A stretch of DNA of 64,000 nt. Source: Felis catus. Taxonomy: Eukaryota. The DNA lies in contig NC_058378.1 of assembly GCF_018350175.1 (NCBI RefSeq), forward strand, positions 31,558,001 to 31,622,000, given 5' to 3'. The notes under the pieces were generated by a model. The model saw only the letters and a list, made by a program, of their open reading frames with translations, was not told the DNA's origin and did no database searches. The position numbers were made by a program, and so were the translations under genes. This document shows, in pieces, positions 37,001 through 49,699 of this stretch (position 1 is the first letter of the stretch; each line of letters begins with the position of its first letter).

Positions 37001-39723
37001 CAGTGTTCACTAAAAGGGCTCGATCTCAGATAACCCACTTACTGATTAATCTAATGCTCTGGCTGGGAACAGTTCTACTGAAGTGGAAGCTGAGAGAGTA
37101 ACGAAGGAACTGAGGAGTGTCACACGATGAACGGCTGAGCCCCGCTGTGAAGCCACCAAATCTGTCCTTCCGCCACACCAAGCAATGGCAGACCTGGAAC
37201 ACGGTCAACCAGACAATCAACGCTTTTTGCAACGAATGGAATTAGATCTCCTGTTGCTCGTTTTCTGTAATTTAGAAGGAAATGCAGCAAAATATACTTC
37301 ACGCAGAACTTCCGTGACCTGTGGGTGAAACCTTCCGTTCTCCAGGGCTCAGCAAATTGAACTAAAAGCTCACTAAGCAATTGTTCCGGCCATAAGCGTG
37401 CCGGGTTGTCTCAGGGCCTTGAGGCCACTGCTATGTCCATGTGGAGCACAAGGGGGTGGCGAGCTGGGGAGTGAGGGGTGGAGGGGCCAGAAGAAGAACA
37501 GCCCATAATGGACAACATGTGTGCTGGAGCAGGGCTCCCAGCCTCAGGGCAAATCTTGTAACCGAACGTAGGCACTATGGTGGGTGGGGACCCATGCCAG
37601 GCAGAACAGGGATCCACTGTTTCCATAGCTTCTGATGTTTCCGGAAGACACTCCAAATCTTGATTTTTAAGTTGTCGCAAGACATCTGCTCCAAAGATCA
37701 AACGCACCTACCCATGGTCTGGGTTTGCTCCTTTGGCCACGTGGCGTCTCTGGTCTGCTGAGCTGGCAAAGGGGGGCTGGGCTGGACCCTTCCAGAGCCA
37801 CCAGCACCTTTTCTGAAGCCCCTCCTGTCCTCCTTTGTTTTCTCTCCTAATGCAGTGCGTGCATTTCTAGGTCAGATTACTTTAAAGGGCCGGGGCCCTA
37901 CAAGGAGAGCCTGTTGGTGATTTTTATCACTGGGAACCCCACTTATTCTGCAGTTTGAACTTAGAATCATCATAGACTGTCCAAGCGGGAAGAGGGGGGC
38001 GTGGCAAGTGGAGGGGTGAACAGAGGCCCAAAGAGAGGAGGGACTTCCCCTGGGAGAGGTCGCCAGTAGGGGGCAAGGCCAAGTGCCTCCTTGGTTGTCC
38101 CCCGGCAGGTTTTGGAGAGAGCCCCTGGGTCCTCCTGATCGCCGGCCCTTCCATGCTGTCCATGCTTGGGGCTCGCTGATTGCCCACCTTTCTGCGTGGG
38201 CAGCCATGTTTGGGGGCCGACCCCCATCTTAGCAGAAGTGAACAGATCTAGGAGAGCAGCTAATAGGCACCATTTCCCCCCTTTCTACTGGCAGGAAGAA
38301 AGAATTTAAGCCACCATTACCCTGGGTCAATTATCTCCAATGGCAAATAAAAGATGAGCTGAATGGAAAAAAACAGAGCTGGGCTATAGCAATTTAATAC
38401 CAACTCTTATAGTCTAAGCAGCCACAGATTGCCCAGGACAAGCCTGTGGTCCGATAAAATCAAATGTATTGACTTGGTGCGGTGAGCAAGGGTGGAATGC
38501 TATATGACAAGAGGCAGAGGGAGTGCCTTTTCTAAGGTTTGGGTTTCTACTGGAGAGTTCTGGAAGCATCCAAGGGAAGTAGGGGTCATTTCTGGATTGG
38601 TGACTGTTTCTGAGGCAGGATGAGGGATTAACCAGGGGGACAGGGTGCTCTCTGGAGGCAAGGGTGACTTAACAACTGAGTATCCCCAGGAATAAATCAA
38701 CATAGCAACACAGATCTGGGGGGCTCATTGGTAAGAGAGCGATCGTCATTCAAAGAGGGGGCGAGTACGGCATTTTACAACCGTTGCTTGACCTTGGGCA
38801 AACCAGCATTTCCTGTTAATGTTGCAGCTTGGTTTCATCTGTGTCTGTCCCCCAGCCTGATGCATGGCAGGACTGCTTTTGTTTTCAGTCTGAGGTGATA
38901 GTCACACTTTTAATCCTATTCTGGGCGGGGGTGGGTTTATTCCTCGGCCAAGTCAGCGAAAATTAAAACACAATTAACACCACGGCATCTCTGTTGCTAT
39001 TTTAATTTCCTTTTGCATATTGAAATGGCCCAGAGGGAAAACAAGAAGTAAGGAATGGGTCACTAGGCACTCAGCAAGGGTCTCAACCAAAACCACATGC
39101 CTCATGAAGATTACCCTAGAGACTATGCCATGATTTGGGCCAGAGTGAACGAACATTCCAGGAATAGATTCGTGCCTTGTTTTGTGAAAGTGGTGCAATG
39201 CTAGGAGCTGGGCAAAGAGAAGTCTCACAAACTCATGGTTCCCCCAGTTTGGTGGAAAACGGACTGTGGGTTTGTAGGTGCCCAGATGGCGTCAAAACAC
39301 CTGCTCTTTGTCTCCCGTGAAGGATAAAGAGCATCCCAGATAGAGATGGAAGGACGGCACTTTCCCAGGCACTTTCCCCTCCCAGATGGGAGGGAGAAAA
39401 TAATCTCTGATGGCAAAAAAAAAAAGGCTTAGCTGGGTGGAATTAACCAAATGCTGGGCCAGCCCAAGAGCATACAGAAACTTGAGCCCCGCGGACCTAG
39501 GGGGCTGGTGGGCTTCTGCAGGGCAATCCCCGTAGAACTAGGAAAGTCCCAGACAGGATGGAGTATCCCCATGCACAAAATAGGACCTTTGCTGTCTTAC
39601 AAACAACATTACATCTGAACAGACATTTTTTTTCCAAAGCAGAGGCACAAACGGGATAAGCACACGAAAAGATGCCCCAAATCATGAGGCCTCAGGGAAA
39701 CTCACATTAAAAACCACAGTAAG

Positions 39724-40197
39724 AGGGGTGCCTGGGTGGCTCAGTCCGTTAAGCGTCCGACTTTAGCTCACGTCATGATCTTGCAGTTCGTGAGTTCGAG
39801 CTCCGAGCTGTCCGCACAGAGCCTAGAGAGTGCTTCAGATTCTGTGACTCCCTCTATCTGCCCCTCCCCTGCTCTCTCTCTCTCTCTCTCAAAAATAAAC
39901 ATTAAAAAATGTTTAAATAAAAGAATAAAAACCGCAGTAAGATATCACTTCACGCTCACTAAGATGGTCATAATTTTTTTTTAATTTTTTTTTAACGTTT
40001 ATTTATTTTTGGGACAGAGAGAGACAGAGCATGAACGGGGGAGGGGCAGAGAGAGAGGGAGACACAGAATCGGAAGCAGGCTCCAGGCTCCGAGCCATCA
40101 GCCCAGAGCCCGACACGGGGCTCGAACTCATGAACCGTGAGATCGTGACCTGAGCCAAAGTCGGACGCTCAACTGACTGAGCCACCCAGGCGCCCCA
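39724..40197. mobile_element. Inverted Can-SINE pair, 39724-39915(+) and 39975-40197(-), inside an L1 3' remnant
   Basis: SINEC sequences. Confidence 0.88.
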
Positions 40198-40489
40198 AAG
40201 ATGGTTATAATTTTTAAAAAGACAGATATCAAGCGTTGACAGGATGTGGAGAAATTCACACCCTCATACGCTGCTGGTGGGAATTCAAGATGGTGCACTT
40301 GCTTTGGAAAACCGTCCTCAAAGGGAGTAATCCTATGACCCAGCAATTCCACTCCTAGAGAGCTACCCCGCAGAGTTGAAACACGTACGCACACAAAAAC
40401 TTGTACATGACAGTTCCTAGCAATATTATTCACAAAAGCCAAAAGGTAGAAGCAATCCAAGTGTCCATCAGCGGACGAATGGATAAACA

Positions 40490-40716
40490 NNNNNNNNNNN
40501 NNNNNNNNNNNNNNNNNNNNNNNNNNNNNNNNNNNNNNNNNNNNNNNNNNNNNNNNNNNNNNNNNNNNNNNNNNNNNNNNNNNNNNNNNNNNNNNNNNNN
40601 NNNNNNNNNNNNNNNNNNNNNNNNNNNNNNNNNNNNNNNNNNNNNNNNNNNNNNNNNNNNNNNNNNNNNNNNNNNNNNNNNNNNNNNNNNNNNNNNNNNN
40701 NNNNNNNNNNNNNNNN
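40490..40716. other. Assembly gap (N)
   Basis: N run. Confidence 1.
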
Positions 40717-41149
40717 AGTGCTGAGGGAAAAGGAGAGTACAGGAGTTTCTCTTTGGAGTGATGAAGACGTTCTGGGACAGGCTATATGGCACAACTCTGT
40801 GAATTCTAAAAACCATTGAATTTTGTACTTTAAACGGGTGGATTTTGTAGTTTGTGAATTCGATTTCAATAAAGCTGTCATATAAAAATAATAGTGGGGG
40901 AAACTGGGTGAGGGAACTCTCTGAACTATTTTCACAAATTGTCTGTAAACCTGAAACAGTTCTAAGATCAATCTCTTATTTTTCAAAACTTACAGATGAA
41001 GTGAACAGAGACCAGACTGATTTCCTGGCTCCCCAGGACCCAGTCTTTTCCAATCCCTCTATCCCAGGCAGCTTGAAGAGCGCAATAGGGAACATATAAA
41101 CCAGTGACACTCAGCCCTCAAGCTAATATTCAGAGGGGAGGATGCATGC

Positions 41150-41620
41150 AGGGCCCAGATAAACAAAGGCAAATGGGAGAGTTGGCTATAAATGTTCCAG
41201 ATCCAATGTAAGCAAAGGCAAAAAACGGACGTGGTGCCTAGACAAGACTTCCACAGGAAAAAAGGGAGGAAGGAATCAAAGAAGAAAGAAACGAGAGAGA
41301 GGAGGGAGAGCCTACAAGGGAAAGATGAAGTATCCGTTCTGGAAGAAGACACCCCCAGGAACTGGAGAAAACAGACAAGAAATGTTTTGCGTTCTCAAGA
41401 AATTAGAGATGACTTGAATTATCTGAAATGAGACATTCAAGTCAAGACGAGGCAATAGAATGAGTTGACAAGGACGTTGTGGGGACTAAGAAACCAAGGA
41501 CAAAAATAACACCGCACTGCGAATGGTTATAGTAGAGTCAGATCAAGGGTATAATTGACACAATAGCAAAGTGGAAGACAGATTTGAGAAAAGTCACACA
41601 GCCTGGGGCAGAAATTAACC
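41150..41620 (+). mobile_element. Decayed L1 ORF1-like (coiled-coil) segment
   Basis: Purine-rich, with a gtggaagacagatttgagaaaagtcacacag motif. Confidence 0.5.
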
Positions 41621-43049
41621 CAATGTGCAGTAGAGGTAAACTCGGAGACCGCCAATCCTCCCCTGGGAAAGATGCACCAGCAAGCTGTTTAACCTCTCCT
41701 CTGATTTCTCATCCATGAAGTCGTGCTAATAACAATATCTGCTACACAAAGTTCTGGGGTGTACAGGCTCAAGAGGATGGGCTCTGCCCGTTCAAGCTGC
41801 TCAGGATTTAAATCCCGAGTCTCATTCTTATTACGTGTATAACCTTGACCAACTTACTTCTTTCTTCAGCCCCTTATCTGTAAAATTGTCGTAACAGCAG
41901 TAATACAGACTTGGTAAGTTTCCAGTGTGGATTAAACACTTAAGAACCGACGGATACTTCTTGACATAACTTAATGAGTATGTGATTGTTTCAGCTCCTG
42001 TGTACTTCACAAGTAAACGTGCGTACTGATGACAAATGAGAAGCATCCCCATTAAATAATATTAAAATGCTCACTGTCATCATTCCTATTTAACATTAGT
42101 CCCTGGAAGTATTAGCTAGTGGAATCAGACCAGAAAAAAGGTATAAGTATTAGAAGGGAGGTAGGTGTGGTCTGATTGAGACTTACAAGAGAGTATTGAC
42201 AAGCACAAAATTAGGAAGCCAGAGGAAGAAGGAAAGACTTGATCTCGGTGGCTGGGGACAGAACTAAGGTTTGAGAAGCCAGGAAAGGTAGTGACATCTC
42301 TGTTACTATAGCTCCAAGGTGAAGTCGGATACCACGTCATGGGTGGTCCAGTGAAGGTTACCCATGGGCTGGGAAGGAAGGTTGTTAGAGAGCTTCTGAG
42401 GGGTATCCAGCCATGGGATTCTAAGGTGCTACCAGTGAGGATACAACCTCCCCTGCCTTTGCTGCAAATGGGTCTCCCGCCTATTCTCCTCTATTTATGG
42501 GGAGTGGGGTGGGGGAGGGGCGGTTGTTGAGCCAGCAAACTGGGCTGGGAGAAGCTGACCCCCCACATGTGTCCTTCAGCTAGAGTCCCAAGTGTCTCAT
42601 CTTTAAACCGCAATATGTTCTAGTCAATGTCACCCGAGGTGTGGGCGACATAACTCTGGGGGTGCGATGATGAACTTAGGTGGCACAAGGAGGGGGAGTG
42701 TTGACACACTGCTATTTATCTTCATGTGTTTGAGGAACTTTTATAAAGAACGCATCGAAAACATGATGCCGTGGGCATTATTGCTTAGGTCAAAACAATA
42801 TTTAAGTAAAAAAAAACTAAGAAAAGTACCTTTAAAGAAACCTTAGGAATAGTACAGAGAGCGAAGCATCATAACACATTCGCGATGGGGGCATCAGAAG
42901 TGCTCAAGTTTGGGAACCCAGGGCTCTTGTCAGTGACTCCGGAGTCTGACAAACCTGGACTCTAATTCTGGAGGCTTCACTTACCAGTTGCGTGGCCTTA
43001 GATTATCCAGGATCCCTTTCATCATGTGGCATAAAAATCAATACTTTCG

Positions 43050-43500
43050 CACACTCATCTCCTTAGCAACCCTGTTCACAACCCAAAGGTCCGTCGATGG
43101 ATGAATGGAGCAACAAAACGTGATGCGCACATTCGACGGAATGTCATTCAGCTTAAAAAGGGAAAGGAATTCTGATGTGGGCTGCAACACGGACGAATCT
43201 TGAGGGCGCCACGCTGAGTGAAATCAACCGGTCACAAAAAAGGACAGCTACTGAATGGCTCCACTTACTCGAGGGACCTGGAAGGGTCAAATCTATAGAG
43301 ACAGGAAGTAGGATGGTTGCCCAGGGCTGTGGGGACGGGAAGGGGAGTTCGTGTTCAACGGGTGCCGAGTTTCAGTTCTGCAAGATGGAGAGAGTTCTGG
43401 GGGTAGATGTGGTGATGGCCGCACAACATGCACGTGTTATTACTGGACTATACACTTGACGATGGGTAAGGTGGTAAGTTTTACGTTAAAAATGCATAGG
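43050..43500 (+). mobile_element. L1MB-like 3' end
   Basis: atagagacaggaagtaggatggttgcccagggc ... cagttctgcaagatg motifs. Confidence 0.8.
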
Positions 43501-43579
43501 AATCAACTCTAAGAAGTAATTTTATGGACTCATATAATGGGGAACGATGGGGGACGGTCAGGGGCTTCAGGTGTGACTG

Positions 43580-43860
43580 ATGCTTTCCAGTGATGGCATC
43601 CCCTCAAAAGCCAATATTCCCCTCCTCCCCCCAAATCCAAAGACAGTCTGTGATTGGCCCAGCTTGGGTCACATGCTCATCCTACCCCTGAACCAGTCCC
43701 TGTGCCCAGGGATTGGGGGCTGTGGTTGGATGGAACTAGTTTCAGTCCCACCCTGGAAGGAGGGTGGGGGACACCTTGGGCAGGCACAAACAGCGGCTGC
43801 CACAGTGGCTAAGGGGACTGGATCCCAAGAAGGACCCAGAGCCATAGGGGAGAAGGTTGG
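43580..43860. mobile_element. Old MLT1-like LTR fragment
   Basis: Motif tgattggcccagcttgggtcacatg...ccctgaacca. Confidence 0.6.
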
Positions 43861-45309
43861 AAAGGACAGTCTATTTCATGCTTCAGGCAGAGAGGCAAAC
43901 GGTAGGGAGAAACTTCAGGGTCTGGAGCCAGGGGAAACCTAAGAGTGACCTAGAAGTGGCCAGTGTCCTGGCACCATGATGTCCAAGTGGGTGCAGAGTC
44001 ACCGCAGACAGGGGGCGCTGCTAAGCATAGAGACTCTGCAGAGCCCTTAGGAGCCACAGCCCTGGAACCAGCCCGGGCCTCCAAACCACATAGGATCTGA
44101 GGGCACAGGTGACGAGGAAGGCAGGCTGGATGCCACTGGCATTTCCAAGAAGGCCAGCGACAACTCTGACCCGTGCTTTGTGATGTGTCTGGAACCTCCG
44201 AGTGCCCTCTGCTGCCTGTCCCCGTGGGGGTTAGCGGTGATTCCCTTAAAACCCGGAGATAGGACGCGGGCCAGTTGAGGGACTTTGAAGAGAGTCAGGG
44301 AGTGACAACAAAGCCCGACTTGCTCCGTATCTGAGAGATGGGGGAAGAGGAAGCAGGAGGAAGGTGGGTGAAGTGCTGAGAAAGCAGCAGGCCAAGGGTG
44401 GGTGGCCCGCAAGAAGGCGGCATAGAAGGAAAGAGCACTGACTGAGGAGCCCCGCAGCCCTGCGTCTGATCCACTATTTATTGGCTGTGTGAACTCTGAC
44501 GTGTTACTGTTGCTTATGCTCTAAGCCTCGGACTTTCCACCTGTAAAATGTGGTCATGACTCCTGCCTTACAGGTTGTCGAGCGCCCAATGGGGTCAGGG
44601 CATCCGTAGGAGCCCAGCTCGGTCCTCCACGTCCCTGCAAGGTAACAGTTTCCCGTTGGCAGAGATTAGTGTTCTCTTCCACAGTGTTTTTCTGTGTGCG
44701 TGGTTCAGCTCAGACCCTTTATCTTTCTTTCTCCCGATAGACCGCAGGGCTGCGGAGAAAGATCTGGTGGCCATCCACCCTCCAAATATATGTGTGAGAA
44801 GCCAGGCCCAGAACACCCTGTCTTTTAAGCGCAGTGATAAAGGGTGCAAAGGCCGGGCGGTGACACGGGCATTTTGCAGGGAGTTGCAAAAGCAAAATAG
44901 ATAAATAAATCTCAAGGACCAGCTCAGCAGCTCTGGAGAGAGGGTTACTCTCTGGAATAAGACAATGATGAGAATCTGCAGTGGCAAATATTAACCTCTT
45001 GGTAATACTTCCCGAACAGTTAAAGGGGAGGTAGGAGGCTTACCGAAAGAGCCAGGTGTTCTGTGCCAACAAGTATGATTTATTCTGGAAGCAGATACCT
45101 TCTAGGATGTTCTACTGTGTGGATGGCTAAAAATTATTCCTAAGGGAGGAGGGAGAGATTGTCGTAACTACAATTGCCAAGGGGCAAGGGCCCTAGTCCA
45201 GGAACAGACCTCTAGGTCAGCCCGTTGACGGGGCTGGACAGCCCGAGGGAGGGGCTGGAGAGCCAGGGAACAGGGACTCCAGGGGTGGGGGGGGGGGGGG
45301 AGCTGAACT

Positions 45310-45620
45310 ATTGCATCGGCAAAACTATTAAATGAGAGAAAATTCCTACACGGGCTACAACATGGATGAGCCTGGAGGACATCGTACTAAGTGAAATAAG
45401 CCAGTCACCAAAGGATAAATACTTTGTGCCTCCACTGATACAAGGTACCTAGAGCAGTCCAGTTCCTAGGGGGGTGCTGGGGGCAAGGAGGGGGAACGCG
45501 GAACAAGTGTTTGATGGGCACAGACATTCAGTTTTGCAAGGTGAAGAGAGTTCTGTGGACAGATGGTTGGTGATGTTTGTACAACAACGAACTGTATACA
45601 CCTGGAATGTGGGTAGAGTG
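45310..45620 (+). mobile_element. L1M 3' fragment
   Basis: acaacatggatgagcctggaggacatcgtactaagtgaaataagccagtcac. Confidence 0.78.
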
Positions 45621-46812
45621 GCAAGGTCTAGGCTATGTGGATTTTAGCAAGATTAAAAAAATGGAGAACAATGAAAGTACAAGGAACGTGGGCTTTCTGG
45701 AGGCGAACGCGTGGTAGGGGTGCAGACGGGAGAGGACGAAGCCAGCGAGATGGCAAGGGGCGTGGTTATAAAAGAGGCTGCCGCCAGGGGGACGTCCTCC
45801 GGAGGAGAGGGGACTTTAAAAAAACAAGGCGATCTCATACGGACGCGAAGCTGTTGGCTGGACCCACAGCCAATCCCCGTCCAGCCCCTGATCTGGACCG
45901 AAGCCTGCGGCACACACAAGGTTTGCGTGAACGGGGTATTTGAGGAAACCCGGACGGACGCAATCGGTCTGAGGTGCCGTGAGGTGGGGCCGAATCGTGT
46001 GGCCAGAAGAGGACGGAGCGGTGATCCACGGACCTAATTCAGTGGAAGCAGGAGCTCAGAGCCACAGGCGACCATGACACTGTAGATCCTCAGCGCCTCC
46101 CATATCTCCGCGCCCCGGCTTTCCAGGGAATCTGCAGAAATCCCAAGGCTCACGCTGGACTCCCCAGAGGGTCAAAGGCCATCTTCTCTAGATCGTAAAG
46201 GGGAGCGAAGCCCCAGCTGGGTCACATTTCCGCCACGTCCCCTCCTTGATCTTGCCGACCACCGTTTTTGTTAACGGCTCACCCTTTTTGCATTGCAGCC
46301 ACAACCTTTGGTGAGGGTTGCTGTCCGCAAGGCAGTAGAGCACAGCGGGGAAGAGCGGGGGTTCCCGAGCCAGACGTGCTGGATTTGGGTCCTGGATCCG
46401 CCACTTACAGTGTGGATTTGGACAGATGGTTTGAGCCCTGATTTATTCATCTAGCAAATGGGAGCGATGATATTAGGAGAGCTCCTGGGAGAAGCGAATG
46501 TGGCACCTCATGTGGACTATGTAGAACGGCTCACACAGTGCTCACCACGATCTATTGTCTAGAGCCCGCCCCCACAGAGCCTGGTAGAACTCAACAGTTG
46601 ATACTGATGGAGGTATTGGTATTACTTTATGGAGGGCCGTGGGTTCTTGACCTCCGCTCTGACCTACCCAGAGTCCTGTGTGTGTTGGCTCGGGAAGGAC
46701 AGAGCCTGAGCCCCGCGTGAGTGATTCCACTTGGGCGTTCTTCAAGGGAGTGGGGCACAGACCTACTACCGAGAGTAGGCATGGAATTGTCCTCTTAAAG
46801 GGAAGGCAGGTT

Positions 46813-46818
46813 TTTAAT
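46813..46818 (-). terminator. TBATA poly(A) signal ATTAAA
   Basis: ATTAAA about 110 nt after the stop codon. Confidence 0.7.
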
Positions 46819-46928
46819 AGGCTCCCTGTGATAGGAAAGTCGGGGTTGCTGTGGAGGCCGTAGGGCTGGGAACAACCTTGAACCTGGGGGCTGCTCTTGA
46901 GCAGGGCGGGCAAAGTGGCTCGGACTCC

Positions 46929-47014
46929 TCAGCATTCTGCCTCTGGCTTTGACGGTTTCTCTGCTGCGTTCTGGCTTGAATGCATTCGGAGGACTTGGGC
47001 TTTCCCGACATACT
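46929..47014 (-). CDS. TBATA: TBATA last coding exon: EYVGKAQVLRMHSSQNAAEKPSKPEAEC*
   Basis: ctcccag| acceptor; TGA at 46931-46929; matches the recalled human C-terminus. Confidence 0.93.
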
Positions 47015-48025
47015 CTGGGAGCAGGGAAGACATCGGTCAGGAGAGGACAGGGAGGGGACAGGCCCCAACTTGGGAGCTGCTCGGGAGACCCAGGTGGACC
47101 AAGACGTGGGTCAAGCCCCGCTTCTGCTCTGGGCTCCGCTGGTGACTCGGGAGGGGCCGACTCCCCTCCCTGAGCTTCACCACTGCCTCTTCTGTCTACA
47201 CCCAGGGAACAAATACCCAAGGAGTGCCTACTCTGTGCCAAACACTCAGTCGGGCCCTTGGGACCCCTTACAGTCTAGTGAGGGAGAATCGTGTACATGC
47301 TGGCTATCTGTCCTCTTCTCTCCCCCTGCCCTGGCCTAAGGCACCAGAACCATGTAGCAGCCTCCTCCCCGGTCTCCCCTCATCCCTGCCTGCCCCCAAC
47401 AGTCCATTTTCTACTCAGCAGACAGAGGGGTCCCCCATGCCCTGCATCTAACCTTCCAGTGCACGCCTATGCCCTCTGCATGAGACCATGGGCCGGCCCT
47501 GCCCACCTGGCCCATTTCCCTTCTTACTACTGTCCTGCCCCACAAGGCCCCGGCCACCCTGGCCTGCTTATGCCTGCTCGTGCTCTCATGCACACACCGG
47601 GCAGGTGAGGGCCCTACTTCTGGGCTCTCCCCAGACCTGCACAGGGCTGGATCCTGCCTGTCGTTCAGCCCAAGGAGCCCTCCCCCGACCCTGCCAGTCC
47701 TTCTTACTGTCCCTCATTTTACCCTGCTTTATTTTCCTCTGGCACCTGTCCCCTCAGGTGTTTTTATTTGTTGTCTGCACTCCTCCTCACGGGGCTAGAA
47801 GCTCTATAGCAGCAGGAACTTGTCTGGAATCTTCCCCAGAGCCCCACTCACAGCCGCTAAGCAAGCCTCTCTCAAATGAATGAGTGAATAGATGAATGGA
47901 TGGAATGGGCAGCTTCCCTAGGACAGGGACTCATCTCTGGGGTCCTTGACCCCTCCCCACCCGAGGAGTACAGCCAGGGTGGGCCTCGGGGAGCCCCCAG
48001 GATGATCCGCTGCGTGGAATCTTAC

Positions 48026-48078
48026 CCGGTTTGTCGCCTTTGGGTAGAGGCGGTGTCTTCGTCTTCTTCAAGGATTGG
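48026..48078 (-). CDS. TBATA: TBATA coding exon 8: SQSLKKTKTPPLPKGDKP
   Basis: gttatag| ... |gtaaga; phases 2 and 1 fit the neighbours. Confidence 0.92.
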
Positions 48079-49554
48079 CTATAACCGACACAAAGACAAA
48101 TCTGGGAAGGCGAGGCCTGAGCCCTCTGCTGCAGAGTGGAGGCAGGGAAGTGCTCCGGGGAGACACAAGAGCCCCCCCTCCTGGAGAGCCCCAAAGTATC
48201 TGTCCCTGGCTGGCACCACCCAAGCGGGACCCCGACAGACAACTGTGACTCCATTGCCTGCTGTGGCCCCAAGGAGCCAAGGCCCTTCTGCCCCAGGAGC
48301 GGTAAGGGAGGCCCCCGCACCAGCCCACCCCAGCCCTCGCTTGGTCCCTGCTTCCTCACAGAGAGGAAGCCTTCCCCCGTGAGTGGAGAACACAGAATTT
48401 CTGCTGCCCTGATAGAGGACTTCAGCTTTGCACCAAAGCAAACCTTTTTACGCGCCCAGTGTAATTTTCTTCCCTAGGGGTCTGGGAGAGGGGTTTTGAG
48501 ACGTGAAACGGAGGCCACCAGATGGGCGGTGGCTTGCCCCAGGTCATAGTGAAGCCTGCCTTCCTTCTGTGCCTCCCCTGGTCTCTCAAAGTGGAAAAGA
48601 GCACCCCGTTCCGGGCCAGAGCAAGAACCCAGGCCTTCTGGTTAATGAGCACGAACACCTGCCTCCTTCCCCCCTGCCCATGCTGCAGCCACCCCACACG
48701 TGTCCCCTGGAGCGAGCACGTTCCTGCCTTCCCTTCCTGACTGCCCCCACGCTCTCATCTGCTCCTGCAAATCCTCCCTACCCCAGTAGTGTTCCCCAAG
48801 TTCTATCAGAAAAGCTCCGGAGATTGTCAAAATCACGCATCCCCTGGTTCGTCCCCGACCTGCTGTGTTGGAATCTCTAGGTATTCGCATTTTTAACAAG
48901 GTCTCCGGCAAATCTGCGTGCGGCTGGGCTCAGAAGCTAGGCCAGCCCAAGGCTGAATCAACTGTTCCCGAGCCTTAGGTCTCTCATCTGTAAAATGCAG
49001 GCGGTTGTATGGACCACAAACGTGTAAACTGTCTGTCTGGACGTGCCAGGCAGGCACGGTGGGCACCCGCTATTGCTAGTTCTGTTGCTGATGTCCAGGC
49101 CCTCCTCACCTGCTTCGTGAGGACTTCCCTTTCCCGGTCGCCTCCAGCCATCCAAGGCACTTAACCCCGGCATTAAGGTATTTCTGCTTGCCTGTGTTAG
49201 CTTTCCTCCTCTACTTGTCTTCTCAAAGACCAAGAGCATCTGGAGGGGTAGATGCGGCTTCTCCAGCCCTGCCTTGTTTATAGCTGACACAGGTCATCCC
49301 TTGGGCATCCCCCACAGCCAGCCGCCAAGGTCCGGTCTGGCAGAGGGGCCTTCATGCAGCACCGGCTGGACTGGAGGGTCCCTGAGGAAGGGCCCAGGCC
49401 CGCTCCCGCTCCCCCAGCATCGGCTCCCGCAGCCCAGGCGGTGGCCAGCGCTACCAGTGCCTTTTCTGGACCACCCTTGGCCTCACCTGGGAGGACAGGA
49501 GGCTGAATGCGAGGGAATGGTTCTGGGAACTGCGGGGAGGGGTGCAAAGCTCAC

Positions 49555-49699
49555 CTGCAGGGTGGCTGTTTCCTCTCTTGAGATGGCTCTTGGCCTTCCT
49601 GGAGCTGATCCAGAAGTTTTTCTACCGGGATGGAGTCTAGGGGCTGAGGAAGGAGCTGCGCCACCGCTGTCTGCAGGAGCCCCAGGGCCAAATCTTTCT
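49555..49699 (-). CDS. TBATA: TBATA coding exon 7: EKDLALGLLQTAVAQLLPQPLDSIPVEKLLDQLQE...QPPC
   Basis: cttgcag| ... |gtgagc; in frame. Confidence 0.95.

Larger units (their letters stand above)
39590..40920 (+). mobile_element. L1M 3' remnant with SINEs and a gap
   Basis: atgacccagcaattccactcctag and aatggataaac motifs. Confidence 0.8.

Noticed and set aside
41192-41431. Lys/Glu-rich ORF resembling a coiled-coil protein
   Set aside because: Best explained as decayed L1 ORF1-like sequence.
44002-44021. CTCF-like motifs here, at 45781 and at 49709
   Set aside because: Each has mismatches at high-information positions, so none can be called without ChIP or a PWM score.
46280-46316. Possible 12-nt + strand microexon (ttgcag|ccacaacctttg|gtgagg)
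   Set aside because: No host gene on that strand; such patterns arise by chance.
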